A stretch of 64,000 nucleotides of DNA, taken from NCBI GenBank assembly GCA_964016885.1, contig OZ024741.1:75454001-75518000 (forward strand). The letters run 5' to 3'. Source of the stretch: Eledone cirrhosa. Lineage: Eukaryota. The notes below the pieces were generated by a model that saw only the letters and a list, made by a program, of their open reading frames with translations, made no database searches and had not been told where the DNA came from. Positions 1-12,620 of this stretch are shown piece by piece (position 1 is the stretch's first letter; each line of letters begins with the position of its first letter). Made by a program: the position numbers and the translations under genes.

Positions 1-390
1 AAAGTGTTCGGAAAGTTCAGTAAGTATAAAGATCTATCAATTGAAATTGAGAAAATGTGTCATCTTAAGGCTTGTACAATACCAGTGATAGTTGGTACAC
101 TTTGAATGATAAAAAAAGGGTACTGAAAAATATTTGGGCCAGATAGCCATCGCTGCAAGAAATAGAGAAAATTGTGCTGACTGGTACTGCCCATGTACTA
201 AGAAGGACATTATCAATTTAACAACTTTGCAAGGACATTTACTGTTGTTTGTGCCCTTGTGGCATTATTTGTGGGACAATTAATTGTAAAATGTGTGTGT
301 TGTCAAATTTTGCCTCAGGTACCATGTTAACACTCAGCATGATTTGGAAAGAAGCAGAACTCAAAGGAAGTTTCAAATCATAATAATAAT
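1..390 (+). mobile_element. R4/Dong-like non-LTR retrotransposon, degraded 3' end (restriction-like endonuclease C-terminus plus 3' UTR)
   Basis: Frame 1 reads KVFGKFSKYKDLSIEIEKMCHLKACTIPVIVGTL*MIKKG, then after a frameshift PSLQEIEKIVLTGTAHVLRRTLSI. Homologous to the 3' end of the minus-strand copy at 22.6-22.8 kb. Ends in a short (AAT)n near 380. Confidence 0.75.
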
Positions 391-1307
391 AGTGATAGCA
401 ATAAGTTAGTTAAATGTTTTAGAAATAAACATTAATGACATATTATATATATATATGTGTATGTATATATGCATGTACATATATATCTCAGGATTATGAA
501 GTGAACTTCTTAGCCACTTGACCATGTCTTATTAATGGAAAGATATAATCATATGTAGATATTATCATCATCATCTACTTACATCTGCTCTTCCATGCTT
601 TATATATATAAATGGAAAGAGGACAAGATATAGAGATACCTATTTGGCAAGAATTATGACTGTCTATATTTATTATATTCTATAAAACTGCATGAAAGAT
701 CAAATGGTTTCCTTTTTCCGACTCGATCAATGAAAACTGTCAAGTGTGTTTGGATAAATACATTTAATTTTGTCAGTAACTTTTGCTCTGGAACTTAAAT
801 ATTCATTCCTTTAGAAAAACATGGAAATATTATGTATCGTCTGCAATATCCATTTTTATATGCAAACTATAATGGATTCTGAGTCTCTAGCTATCAATAT
901 GTTTTTATCGCAGCAGACTAATTTACATTGACATATGATCTGAAACAGCAATTCAGAATGTATATTGTGTGATCGATTTGTTTATCTCTGAGGTTGTGCT
1001 TTTAAAAGTTGAATATTAACAAAGAGTGAAAACATAGTTTAACCATTTTTTTGTTTTTCATGTTTCTTTGTCTTTGCAGTGTTTTTATTTGCCCTCCCAC
1101 CTCCTCGTATTGAATTCATAACACAATTCAATACACTTGCTAATAAATATTTAATGAATATTTTATCTTGCATGACTATAAAAGATTTGATTCATTTCCA
1201 GAAAAGATATATCCTTCTATATTATACAAATGCCCTTCTGTATCACTGGTACATTGCCACTATAAAAATCCATTGAACATTATGATTTATTACAGTTTCA
1301 TTATGTA

Positions 1308-1610
1308 GATTGTATGGCTTAGTGGTTAGGGTGTTTAGTTCACAATTGTAAAGTTGTGAATTGGTTGTCCCTGAGCAAGACACTTTATTTCATGTTGCTG
1401 TTGTCCACTCAGATGGAAAAATGAGTGGCAACAACACTAGTGCTAAGCTGTATTAACCTTCACCTTGATCAACATAGGTGACATGGAGAGAAGGAACTTG
1501 CATACATAGGTGACAACCGGTCTTCTACTAAACACCTTGCCCAGGGTTGCATCTTGGAGAGGAACTTTCCAGATAGAAACCCATGGTTAGTCACACTGAG
1601 AGGGGCCTGT
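1308..1610 (+). mobile_element. degenerate tRNA-derived CORE-type SINE
   Basis: A-box-like TGGCTTAGTGG followed by CTGAGCAAGACACTTTATTTCATGTTGCT, matching the reverse complement of the younger copies at 39.0, 48.8 and 51.1 kb. Confidence 0.6.
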
Positions 1611-2483
1611 TAATTTGTATATTACTGAATCATGGTACTGTTCCCAATTTCTAGTTCACGTATCTTTGAAATATAGCATTCAAATCTTGTCTGTTATGAT
1701 ACCATTCAGTGCCAATGTATACTTTATTTCTTTCAGCCAAAGTAAATGTTCACCATATTTGCTTCTAAGCCTCCAGACATCCCTTATGTACAGATACTTC
1801 ATTCAACAAAATAATGGATCTTGTCAAATTCTGTATAAAATTTAAGAATTCTCTTGAGTGTGCCCGACTAGCTCTTCTCTCTTTCTATCTTTCTACTACC
1901 CTTATCTCTTTCTATTTTCTCCCTTCTGATTTTTCTATTTCCTCCTTTCATCTCTCTCTCCTTATATATTGATTTGCAAATACAAACGGGCCAATCATTC
2001 TTTCTTCTTCACACCAGCCCTCCTTCAACCACAAGTAAGTGTCTGTATATTAAACAAGTATTTAATTTTTAAATATCCCTGACTTATCAAATGACTATGT
2101 AATACTTTCATAAGTTCAGTGAAGTAACTCATTGGAAACCCTAACTGAAATGCATAAACTTAGAGTTTAGAATTTACCCTGATAATGGTAACCAGGTTTA
2201 TTGACAAAAGACAGCACTGGCTGGATTTGTCCCTCTACTTTTCAATGGGGCACCCTTAGATTTAGAAAATCGAGTTTTAAAAATCACTTCCTAAAATACA
2301 TTCTTTGCAAAAGAGTAGCTATCCATAATGTTTTGAAGTACCCCCTCACCCTATCCCACCCTCTAAGTACCAAAACGTGTAACAGTAGGCCTGCTGGTAT
2401 CAGGTACTTTATTAACACTGAAAGGATTGAAAAGTAAAGTTGACCGACCTTGGTGGGATTTAAACTCAGATGATGATGATATT

Positions 2484-2805
2484 TTTCATTTTCATTTCAT
2501 TTACGTCTGCTTTTCCCTGCTTGCAAGGGTGGGACGGGAACTGATTCTGGCTTGATTTCTACAGCTGGATGCCTTCCTAACACCAACCTCATTTACAGTG
2601 AGTGCTGGGTGCTTTTTTTTCTGTGGCACCTACACATCCACCTTACAGTGTGGGCTGGGTGCTTTTTTGCAGTGGCACCTCCACGATCCCTTTGCAGTGG
2701 AATGATAGAGACCCCAGTCCCTATCATCTCATTTCTACAGCTGAGTGAACTGGAGCAATGTGAAATAAAGTGTCTTGCTCAAGGAAACAACACATCACCC
2801 GGTCT
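2484..2805 (-). mobile_element. CORE-type SINE, 5'-truncated (tRNA head missing)
   Basis: Aligns with the full copy at 51115-51512 up to CACATCACCCGGTC. The tail on the plus strand is (CATTT)n-like. Confidence 0.85.
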
Positions 2806-2814
2806 TATATATAA

Positions 2815-3180
2815 TATGAAAAATTGGAACTCCCATCATCCTCTTGAAAAACCTGGACCTGCCACATCTATGCAATGGCACACACTTTACAGTCAGGCAG
2901 ATGATGAACCATCTCCTAGAGGTCAGTGTTCTTGGAGATAATCATCAAGAAGAAAATACATTTATTCCCAAGATTTCTCTCATCCTTATCTCTACTGAGC
3001 TGCCGTTCAAATTCTCAAGACTTCAGTTAGAGCTAAATTTGCTATGACTATAAATAAAGCTCAGGGTCAGAGTCTCAACATTGTAAGAAAATCGGTGTGT
3101 TGTTCACAAGTGGGAACACCTAGAAATCTTCATATACTATGCACAAACGATAAAACAAAGAATCTGATGTATCTGAAAGA
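2815..3180 (+). mobile_element. Helitron Rep/Hel fragment (Pif1-type helicase C-terminus), pseudogenised
   Basis: ORFs 2844-3047 and 3044-3337 give KNLDLPHLCNGT...FIPKISL...LPFKFSRLQ...MTINKAQGQSL...CSQVGTPRNL...KTKNLMY, matching the Helitron Pif1 motifs LCNGTRL, FIPRI, F(K/R)RxQFP and AMTINKSQGQSL. Confidence 0.85.
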
Positions 3181-4099
3181 CTTTTTACTGTTTTTTGTTT
3201 GTCACACACACTACGGCTTCACCTCTGGAAACCAGACACCACATCCAAACAATCGTTTTCTCTTCTACTGGTCTTCTCTGTTTACCTGTGCAAAGCTTGT
3301 TACCTCAGCTAGTATTTTATGGATAGAAATGAAATAAGCAAAAAAATGAAAATTGAAGTTTGTTCTGAGTCAATGACATAACAGAATCTAATAAACATAG
3401 GAAATGTTTTGTTGGGAGGAGCGAAAGATACAAAAATAAATGTAAAACATTAAATTATAAATTAAATTGAATTGAACGCTAAATAGCTGAAGTATGGTGT
3501 AAATTTGTATCTGTACTGAAACAGTACAGATTTTTACCAAAGATATGTTTACATGTATGAATGTATGTTTATACACAAACATTTCTTGCGGCATCAGTTA
3601 AATCTGCTGCTGTTGTACAATTACAATTTTTAATTATCGAGGGAAGCTCCGGTGTCCTATGTTGTGACATGTGAGTGAGTGTGTACGGGACTTTCCCTCT
3701 TTTTCCTTTCTTTTCTTTGCATTGTATATATTGGCATAGTCTTATTCAATATAATTTTGTTACACTAAGAAACAAACATTAAATAAATAGATTTTTTTTT
3801 ATAAATATTTATAAACATCAAAAATAGCTTTAAGTAATTTTTTTTTTCAAAGATTTTAATTTTTTTTTTCAAAAAGAAGAAAGTACATCTTTGTGATCCA
3901 TTGGCAAATTTCATTATTTCCATAATATTTGATGTTGATTATGTTTCCATATTTATTAAATAAATTCTTAATCCAGGAAATATGTTTTTTGATAAGGTTA
4001 GATGAAATGTTATTGGCTTAATACTAAAAGGAATACTTTCTACAATTCAAGTCTTGATGGAAATCAAATATTGATTGAAACCTTTACAGTAGCTTATGT

Positions 4100-4420
4100 T
4101 TCCATATATTCTTTTATTCTTTTACTAGTTTCCGTCATTTGGTTGTGGGCATACTGGGGCACCACCTTGAAAGGATTTTTTTCAATCATATCGACCCCAG
4201 TACATATATTTTTAAGTCTTATGAATCTCTTTTTTTGTCAAACCACTATGTTATGGGACAAATGCTGATGCAATCATAAACACACACACATTCACACACA
4301 TACACATGAAAAGTCTTAGCAATTTCCACCTACCAAATTCCATGCTGAAGGTATCACACTGTGGGACTGAACCTTAAACCATGTGGCTACAATGCAAATT
4401 CCTTTACCATGCAGCCTTGC
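4100..4420 (-). mobile_element. degenerate SINE-like repeat (related pieces at about 13262-13410 -, 30935-31065 +, 39600-39780 +, 56590-56850 +)
   Basis: Shared blocks such as GCAGGCATGGCTGTGTGG...CCTTGGGCAAGT and GGTGCCCCAGCATGG recur at the listed positions. Confidence 0.5.
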
Positions 4421-4479
4421 ATATACTATTTTATTTTGGAGTCTTACTCTCAATACTCTCTTCGCACATACATCTTAGA

Positions 4480-5050
4480 AAGAAGTTGGGGAAACATTGA
4501 GAAAGATGAAGAGTGGAAGGCTGGAGGACTGACAGGAGTTGTGGACAATATCTTGAAGGCAGTGGCGGGGATGTGAAGAAGTTGAAAGAGATCAGTAGGT
4601 TAGTGGAGAAAGAAGACCTTATTCCTGCGGAGTAAGATTTGAGTATTCTCACCACTCTGTACAAGTGAAAAGGTATCTCGGCTGTGGTTTGTACAGAGAT
4701 ATCAAACTATTGGAACATGGAATGATGGTATTAAAAAGAGTGTTAAAGAAGAGTATAGGAAAAAAGTGAAAATGGATGAAATGTAGTTTGGATTTGTGCT
4801 GGAAAAAGGAACAACTGATGCTCATTTTATTGTGAGGCAGTAATTATATAAGAAGTATAGAGATATGGGGAAGAATTTGTATCCATTTTAGAGGTTTATT
4901 GATCTGGAAAATCCTTTCAATAAGGTTCCATGTGAGGTATTGACATAAGTAATGAGAGAGTTAGTAGTGGAGGAATAGTTAATTAGAGTAGTGATGGCAA
5001 TGTATGAGAAACCATGTATAGTTGAAAGGAGGAAGGATGGGAACAGTGAC
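4480..5050 (+). mobile_element. old, heavily degraded RTE reverse transcriptase fragment
   Basis: Translates to MDEM*FGFVLEKGTTDAHFIVRQ and FIDLENPFNKVPCEVL, homologous to DEMQFGFVSGRGTTDALFLVRQ and FVDLEKAFDRVP of the 7 kb copy. Confidence 0.75.
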
Positions 5051-5324
5051 AATTGTAGTTGTGACAGAAGTACTGTAGGCAGGTTTACTGTGGGGGTTGC
5101 TGGCACAGATGACCTGGTGTTAATAGAATAGATGGACTAAAGAAGATGACTAGGTGGAAGGAATGTAGGAAAGCAACAAAATATGAAGGTGATGATAATA
5201 AGTAAAGCATGTGGTGAACTGAAAATAACAGGAAGGTGGCTGTGTAAGGCATTCCTTTGATCATTTTTCCCATTTTTCCACTAAACAAGCAAAGGTTGTG
5301 GATTGTCAGAGTCATTAGAGCATT

Positions 5325-5510
5325 GGGAAAATGCTTTATAGTATATTTAGTTAGGGTTCTTTTAACCCTAGTTAAAATCTCACCAAAGCCAACTTTCATC
5401 ATTCAGGGGTTAATAAAATTAAGTACCAGTCAAGTACTGGCATCAATATAATTGGCTTATCCCTCCTCTCAAATTGCTGGGCTTATGCTTAAATTAGAAA
5501 TCATTATTAG
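5325..5510 (+). mobile_element. degenerate Nin-domain SINE (a similar copy lies at about 40250-40465)
   Basis: TTTCATC...GGGGTTAATAAAATTAAGTACCAGT and the 3' end TTGCTGGGCTTATGCTTAAATTAGAAATCATTATT resemble the 43.4 kb SINEs. Confidence 0.55.
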
Positions 5511-6711
5511 AAAACAAACTATGTGTGTGAGAAAATTTCCAGTGGAGAAAATGATAGAGACATGCTGAATTTGTTTTTTGTTGTTTTTTTTTGTATTTTG
5601 TTTGTTTGCTTTTTTGTTTTGCAAAAAGGTAATTAATAAATAACAACAACAACAAAATGAAAATAAGAGGCAAGTTTGTTTGTATTAACAATTAGATGTA
5701 GAAGAGAATTCAGTGAAATATTTTTTTTAATCATACTGTCCAATTTTCAATTACCTGAAGATTATTTATTCAACCAGTAATATAGTTTACACCATGTTGT
5801 CTTCTAATATAAGGAAACTATGGTTTTATTAATTGGAGAATCTTTTGCTAAGTAAACTCCCAATTTGTCTCTTGTGTCTATCTAGAAATTTCTCTGAAAA
5901 CAATTTACAGTTTTAACATGAATTATGAGATGTCATCTTTTTTTTCTTTTTTTTTAAAGTAAACAGTTTGGTATAATTGGTACAGACAGTGTCCGTTTTA
6001 CCATTTTATTTATTCTACAGTCTGTGTACAGTTTTTGTCAACTTTTTTTCACTGTTGCCTACTGATTAAATTAAAAAAAGATATCAGCCAAGAAAGAAGT
6101 TGCTATGAGGTCACTTGACTGTTAAGAAAATAGCAGACAAATCTCCTTTAAATCACACCCTGCCATCTTGAAAAAAAAAAAAGGAAAAAGAAGGCTAAAT
6201 CTATATCATCACAATATACATGTCATATATTTCTGTACACACTTACACATGGATGTCACTTTATACACACAAGCATCATCATCATACTATATGTATATGC
6301 TCTCTATCTCTTCATTGAGAATGCCTAGACATGTGTACATGTTACTTTTTAGCTGGTGTTGACATTACCAGTTCCATCACTGATTAAGAAAAATATCTAC
6401 TAAGGATTTCATTTCAACTAAGACTTGTTCAACTGTTAATCAATGCTTTTTCTGTTATATGTATGGTCTCTTATTTTTAATTTCTGAAATGTTATACTTA
6501 GAAGAGGAAAAGAAAAACCTACAATATAATCTATGATCTGTTCAACAACTTTTAGAATGGCTTTAACAAAAGCTTATGCTTTTTCAAACTTTGACTCTTA
6601 ACGAAAACAAAACAGAAATTATATTTACTGATGATGATCTTTTTAGACTGAACATTTTGAATAAAACATTACGTTTTATATCTTTTTACACATTCTTGGG
6701 GCTTTTTAATC

Positions 6712-6713
<2 letters not shown>

Positions 6714-6806
<93 letters not shown>

Positions 6807-6940
6807 TGGCAGACTGGCTAGGTTGCCAGGTTGCCCAATGGCAAGTGGACCCCAGGGTGTTATCCTTCCTACATATTGTATATACATATATAGATATAGA
6901 TATATAGATACACACACACACACGCACACACACACGCACA

Positions 6941-6990
<50 letters not shown>
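6714..6990. repeat. (TA)n and (CA)n microsatellites, representative of many tracts (e.g. 18848-18922, 28300-28645, 28900-29040, 30137-30280, 35950-36010, 36380-36566, 37835-37958, 54905-55207, 55690-55832, 58330-58414)
   Basis: Read directly from the sequence. Confidence 0.98.
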
Positions 6991-6994
6991 TGAG

Positions 6995-9205
6995 TTGTTT
7001 TGCAACGTGAGGACCAGAAACAGGAGGTATTCAAGATTGCGAGGCAGTGTGTCAGAGATAGTTGTGATGTCATTGGAGAGAAGTGTATCCGGAATGATAA
7101 AGGTGAGCTTGCCCTCACAAGTGCTGAGAAGAAAGATGCATGGAAGAGTCATTATGATAGATTACTAAATGAGGAGAATGCATGGGAAGAAGAGACCCTA
7201 CCCCAAGTAGACCCTATAGAGGGGCCAGCAGTACAAGTCAGCAGCAACGTAGTAAGTAAGGCAATCAAAGATATGAAGATGGGGAAGGCAACCGGTCCAT
7301 CGGGTATAGCTGCCGAGATGCTGAAGGCATCTGGGTCGGTAGGTCACACTATAACCACACGTATTGTTAACCAGGTAATACTAGAAGGTGTCATACCAAA
7401 AGATTGGTGCAGTAGCATCATTGTCAACTGCTACAAAGGTAAAGGCGATGCACTAGATAGAGGAAACTATAGAGGTATAAAGTTGATGGACCAGGTCATG
7501 AAAGTAACAGAAAGAGTTATAGCACAGCTGATTAGGGACCGGGTGGAAATAGACGAGATGCAATTTGGGTTTGTATCAGGAAGAGGCACCACTGATGCCC
7601 TCTTCCTTGTGAGGCAATTACAGGAAAAGTACCTAGCTAAAAGTAAGCCACTCTACTTGGCATTTGTCGACCTTGAGAAAGCCTTTGACAGAGTTCCACG
7701 TGCTGTAATCTGGTGGGCTCTTAGAAAACTAGGAGTAGATGAATGGCTTGTGAAAGCGGTACAAGCCATGTATAGGGGAGCAGTCAGCAAAGTTAGGATT
7801 AGCAATGAGTATAGCGAGGAATTTAGCGTACAGGTTGGGGTCCACCAGGGCTCTGTTCTTAGCCCTCTCCTGTTCATCATAGTCCTGCAGGCAATAACGG
7901 AAGAGTTTAAGACCGGATGCCCATGGGAACTCCTGTATGCTGATGACCTCGCACTCATAGCTGAATCTATGGTAGAACTAGAGAATAAATTCCAAACCTG
8001 GAAGCAGGGACTAGAAAGAAAGGGTCTCAAAGTCAACATGACAAAGACTAAGGTCCTTGTAAGTAGACGAGAAAACAGAACCCAGATCCCCTCAGGGAAA
8101 TAGCCTTGCTCAGTATGTAAGAAAGGTGTAGGTAGGAACTCCATTCTCTGCCCCAAATGCAAACAATGAGTACACAAGAGATGTAGCGGGATCTCAGGAA
8201 GCTTAATTAAGAATGTAGGCTTCACATGCAGCAGCTGTGCTGAGACAGCAAGCAGCAAGCAGCCACAGGAAACAAGTACCACCAATCTCTGGGAGGGCTC
8301 TGTAGAAACAGTAGACAGCTTCTGCTACCTAGGTGACCGAATTAGCAGCGGAGGTGGGTGTTCAGAAAGTACAATAACTAGGGTAAGAACGGGATGGAAG
8401 AAGTTTAGGGAACTACTACCACTGCTAGCTGCAAAAGGCTTCTCCCTCAGAATGAAAGCCAGACTGTATGATGCGTGTATCCGAACAGCAATGTTGCATG
8501 GTAGTGAGACCTGGGCGCTGAAGGTGGAAGACTTACGGAGATTAGAGAGAAACGAAGCCTGCATGCTCCGATGGATGTGTAACAGTAATATACGTGAACG
8601 ACAAAGCATAAATGAATTGAGAGAGAGACTGAGCATAAGAGGAATCAAATGCTGTGTGCAGGAGAGGCGGTTGCGCTGGTATGGACATGTGATGCGTATG
8701 AAGGATGACAGCTGCATAAAAAGGTGCAGAGCACTAGAAGTCGATGGAAACCGCGGAGTGGGGAGACCCAAGATGACCTGGGATGAGGTGATAAAAGCCG
8801 ACCTTACCCAATTACACCTCTCAAAGGCAATGACACACGACCGTGACTTCTGGCGTCACGCAGTAATACAGAGTACCCAACCTCCCATGGGTACAAGCTG
8901 AAGCATATAGACAATATGCCCCCACACCCCCCCACCGCAAGGTGGTCGTGGAGGTGCCACGGCAAAAAAGCACCCAGCCCACACTGTAAAGTGGACATGT
9001 AGGCGCCACGAAAAAGCACCCAGCACTCACTGTAAATGAGGTTGGTGTTAGGAAGGGCATCCAGCTGTAGAAATCAAGCCAAATCAGTTCCTGTATGAGC
9101 AAGGCATGGTCAGCCGACCAGACACTGCCCACAACAGGACAACCCGTCTAACCCATGCTAGCATGGAAGAACGGACGTAAAACGGTGATGATGATGATGA
9201 TGAGT
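6995..9205 (+). mobile_element. RTE-clade LINE (lineage A), 5'-truncated, RT with in-frame stops, about 300-bp 3' UTR and (GAT)n tail
   Basis: ORF 7000-8103 has NYRGIKL, FVDLEKAFDRV, GVHQGSVLSPLLF and LYADD. It continues through a Cys-rich insert and ORF 8452-8901 (RRLRWYGHVMR, GRPKMTW). Ends CGGACGTAAAACGG(TGA)n. The 5' end abuts (CA)n(TA)n. Confidence 0.95.
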
Positions 9206-9629
9206 GAGTGTGAAAGACTAAAGGTCATTATTGAAAGTCTCTGGATTTTGCAAAATACATATTTTTTATTGGAGAAGGTAAGATATTTTTCCGCAAAAAA
9301 TTTGATTGCACTGTTTTGTTTCCACTTATGTATTTTTTGAAAATGTTATTTATTCATTATAAAAGTTAAATGATAGCATTCTATATGTAGGTGGGCCCCT
9401 TCATCTGGCAACCAATATTTCTAGACCTAGTCTATCACTGTATGTATATATATACATATATATATATATGGGATAACAAGTTATCATTTTAGGTAATCCA
9501 GTTAGAGGTTGTGAATACTCTGTACTATGGATAGCTTTAATGTACGGCGTTGTTTGACTCAACAAGAGGTTTCCTTATTTAGGTAGCGAATTTGCGAGAA
9601 TTCTCATGTAGGTTATTCTTGGAGTACTA

Positions 9630-10302
9630 ATAGATTAGAGAGAAACGAAGCCTGCATGCTCCGATGGATGTGTAACAGTAATATACGTGAACGACAAAGC
9701 ATAAATGAATTGAGAGAGAGACTGAGCATAAGAGGAATCAAATGCTGTGTGCAGGAGAGGCGGTTGCGCTGGTATGGACATGTGATGCGTATGAAGGATG
9801 ACAGCTGCATAAAAAGGTGCAGAGCACTAGAAGTTGATGGAAACCGCGGAGCGGGGAGACCCAAGATGACCTGGGATGAGGTGATAAAAGCCGACCTTAC
9901 CCAATTACACCTCTCAAAGGCAATGACACACGACCGTGACTTCTGGCGTCACGCAGTAATACAGAGTACCTGACCTCCCATGGGTACAAGCTGAAGCATA
10001 TAGACAATATGCCCCCACACCCCCCACCGCAAGGTGGTCGTGGAGGTGCCACGGCAAAAAAGCACCCAGCCCACACTGTAAAGTGGACATGTAGGCGCCA
10101 CGAAAAAGCACCCAGCACTCACTGTAAATGAGGTTGGTGTTAGGAAGGGCATCCAGCTGTAGAAATCAAGCCAGATCAGTTCCTGTATGAGCAAGGCATG
10201 GTCAGCCGACCAGACACTGCCCACAACAGGACATCCCGTCTAACCCATGCTAGTGTGGAAGAACGGACGTAAAACGGTGATGATGATGATGATGATGATG
10301 AT
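9630..10302 (+). mobile_element. RTE lineage A, 3'-terminal 670-bp copy
   Basis: Near-identical to 8539-9205 with scattered substitutions, and carries its own (GAT)n tail followed by (TA)n. Confidence 0.95.
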
Positions 10303-10385
10303 ATATATATATACAGTGCTTATATATATATATATATACATCTGTCTGACTGTGTAGTTTTAATGTTTTAAAAGAAAGCCTTATA

Positions 10386-11022
10386 TCATCATCATTTTAC
10401 ATCCGCTTTTCCCTGTTTGCAAGAGTGGGACAGGAACTAATTCTGGCTTGATTTCTACAGCTGGATGCCCTTCCTAACACCAACCTCATTTACAGTGAGT
10501 GCTGGGTCCTTTTTTTCCATGGCGCCTACACGTCCACTTTACAGTGTGGGCTGGGTGCTTTTTTGCCGTGGCACCTCCATGACCACTTTGCAGTGGAATG
10601 ATAGAGACCCCAGTCCCTATCATCTCATTTCTACAGCTGAGTGAATTGAAGCAATGTGAAATAAAGTGTCTTGCTCAAGGAAACAACACATCACCCGGTC
10701 TGATATATAATATGAAAAATTGGAACTCCCATCATTCTCTTGAAAAACCTGGACCTGCCACATCTATGCAATGGCACACACTTTACAGTCAGGCAGATGA
10801 TGAACCATCTCCTAGAGGTCAGTATTCTTGGAGATAATCATCAAGAAGAAAATACATTTATTCCCAAGATTTCTCTCATCCTTATCTCTACTGCTTTTTT
10901 GCCGTGGCACCACTATGACCACTTTGCAGTGGAATGATAGGGACTCCAGTCCTATCATCTCATTTCTACAGCTGAGTAAACTGGGGCAATGTGAAATAAA
11001 GTGTCTTGCTCAAGGAAAAAAC
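10386..11022 (-). mobile_element. CORE-SINE / Helitron / CORE-SINE chimera
   Basis: SINE 10386-10701, a copy of the Helitron fragment 10702-10892 (equal to 2806-2997), then a repeat of the SINE segment 10893-11022. Confidence 0.85.
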
Positions 11023-11389
11023 ATATATATTTAAGAAATTAAAGAATACATACATACAATGGCTGCCTTGAGACTTGCCATCTCCTGACCTTTTTCTCAT
11101 ACATGGGTGGCACAAACATGACTTTTTAGCTCTTCCAAATTCTTGGATTCCTTTCTGCATATACTGCAGTGGAAGAAAAAAGAAAAACCATGATCATGCA
11201 ACACGTAAAAGTTGTTTAGATGAAATTATGCCTGTCCTTTAAACTTTTTAAAGTGAAGAAAGGCCTTGCACTGGCCCAATCCCACTCACTGATCAATGGT
11301 GACAGGTATCCAAAAAGAAAAAAAAGTCAACATCATTGGCTGACATTAATTCGCAGGTTTTACATCAGAGTTTTCTTCCCCTAGTATGT

Positions 11390-11635
11390 AATATCTCCCT
11401 CTCAGTGGGCTAACCATGTGCTCAGGCACCAAACTGAGTATTTCCATGTCCCCACACATACATACATCTAATATTCCCCCTCCATACACACACACATATG
11501 TATATCATGACTCATACACTATTCACTTCCCTGACATTTGTATATTATTCTATGTACTATACATGCACCTTTGGCGAGTTGTAGTGCACCTGAGCACTTT
11601 ACACAATAATTTCACTATTATATTATTATTATATA
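11390..11635 (+). mobile_element. probable LINE 3' UTR fragment with (ATT)n tail
   Basis: Ends GGCGAGTTGTAGTGCACCTGAGCACTTTACACAATAATTTCACTATTATATTATTATT, a short stem followed by a simple-repeat tail. No coding part is visible. Confidence 0.4.
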
Positions 11636-11993
11636 TACATACATACACGATGATGGCTGCAACTCTATTTTGAGTAATGTCATCACTTGAAACTTAAGCA
11701 TGTCGCTTTTTAGTCCTGCTAGGGACTTTCCTATGGTTGGCAATACCATGCATCACAAAAAATGTCACATATCAAGCAATGCCTGTGCTTAAAGTTTTTT
11801 TAGTGAGGAAAGGCTTTGCATGGGGCCAATTCCACTCTCTGAACATCGAATGCATCTGCCCCAAAAGTCTAGATCATTGGATGCAAACAAAGTCGCCGGT
11901 TTTATATCAGAGTGACGTTCTCCTAAAGAGATGTCGTAATGAAGACTAGGAGTCTCTTGCTTCACAAAAAAAAAGAAAAATACATACATACAA

Positions 11994-12024
<31 letters not shown>

Positions 12025-12299
12025 GCCACTCAGTGTGCATCAGGTTCTCCTATCTGGTATCATTCCTACACTTTTTTCTTATTTTTTATCTTTTCTTTTC
12101 TTTTACTACTTTGATAAAGGGTTGCATCTGAAATATCAGATCTTTTATTTTGACATAAACATTTCTATTATACACACCTTGTCTTTAATTTTATGCAAAT
12201 ATTTCATCAATCATGTATTTTCATTTTTCATAGCTTTTTTACTTTGTGTTTATCTGTTTTGCTTTTATGTGTAATTTTAACTTTGCTCCATGATTTTTT

Positions 12300-12620
12300 T
12301 GTATCATTCTGTATGATACAGCACAGCATTTCTCCACACATTGCAATCCTTTGTTATTGCCTCTGCAAGTCTCAGTGGTTTGATGTGAGCTAACACAACC
12401 TCTGCCCAAGTCTTTCTTGGTCTACCTCTACCACAGCTTCCTTCTACTGGCATTTCCTAGTACTTCTTCACCTATTGCTCATTGTCTATACACATCAGAT
12501 GTACAAACCAACGCAGTCTTCTCTCTTGTACATCACCTCAAGATTCCTCTTAAACCCAGCTTCTTCTTCAAGTTGTCCAAGTTCTACCTCTCTCTAACAC
12601 TTACATTGCACATCCAACAT
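12300..12620 (-). mobile_element. old RTE 3' fragment
   Basis: Reverse strand retains pieces such as VQERRLRWFVHL and RGRPRKTWAEVV, as in the other RTE C-termini. Confidence 0.6.

Noticed and set aside
1047-1150. Strong splice acceptor (TTTGCAG at 1073-1079) with downstream AATAAA
   Set aside because: No recognisable coding sequence or linked exon, and such signals are common in AT-rich DNA.
2844-3180. Host PIF1 helicase gene
   Set aside because: Intronless, frameshifted C-terminal fragment with Helitron-type motifs, embedded among repeats.
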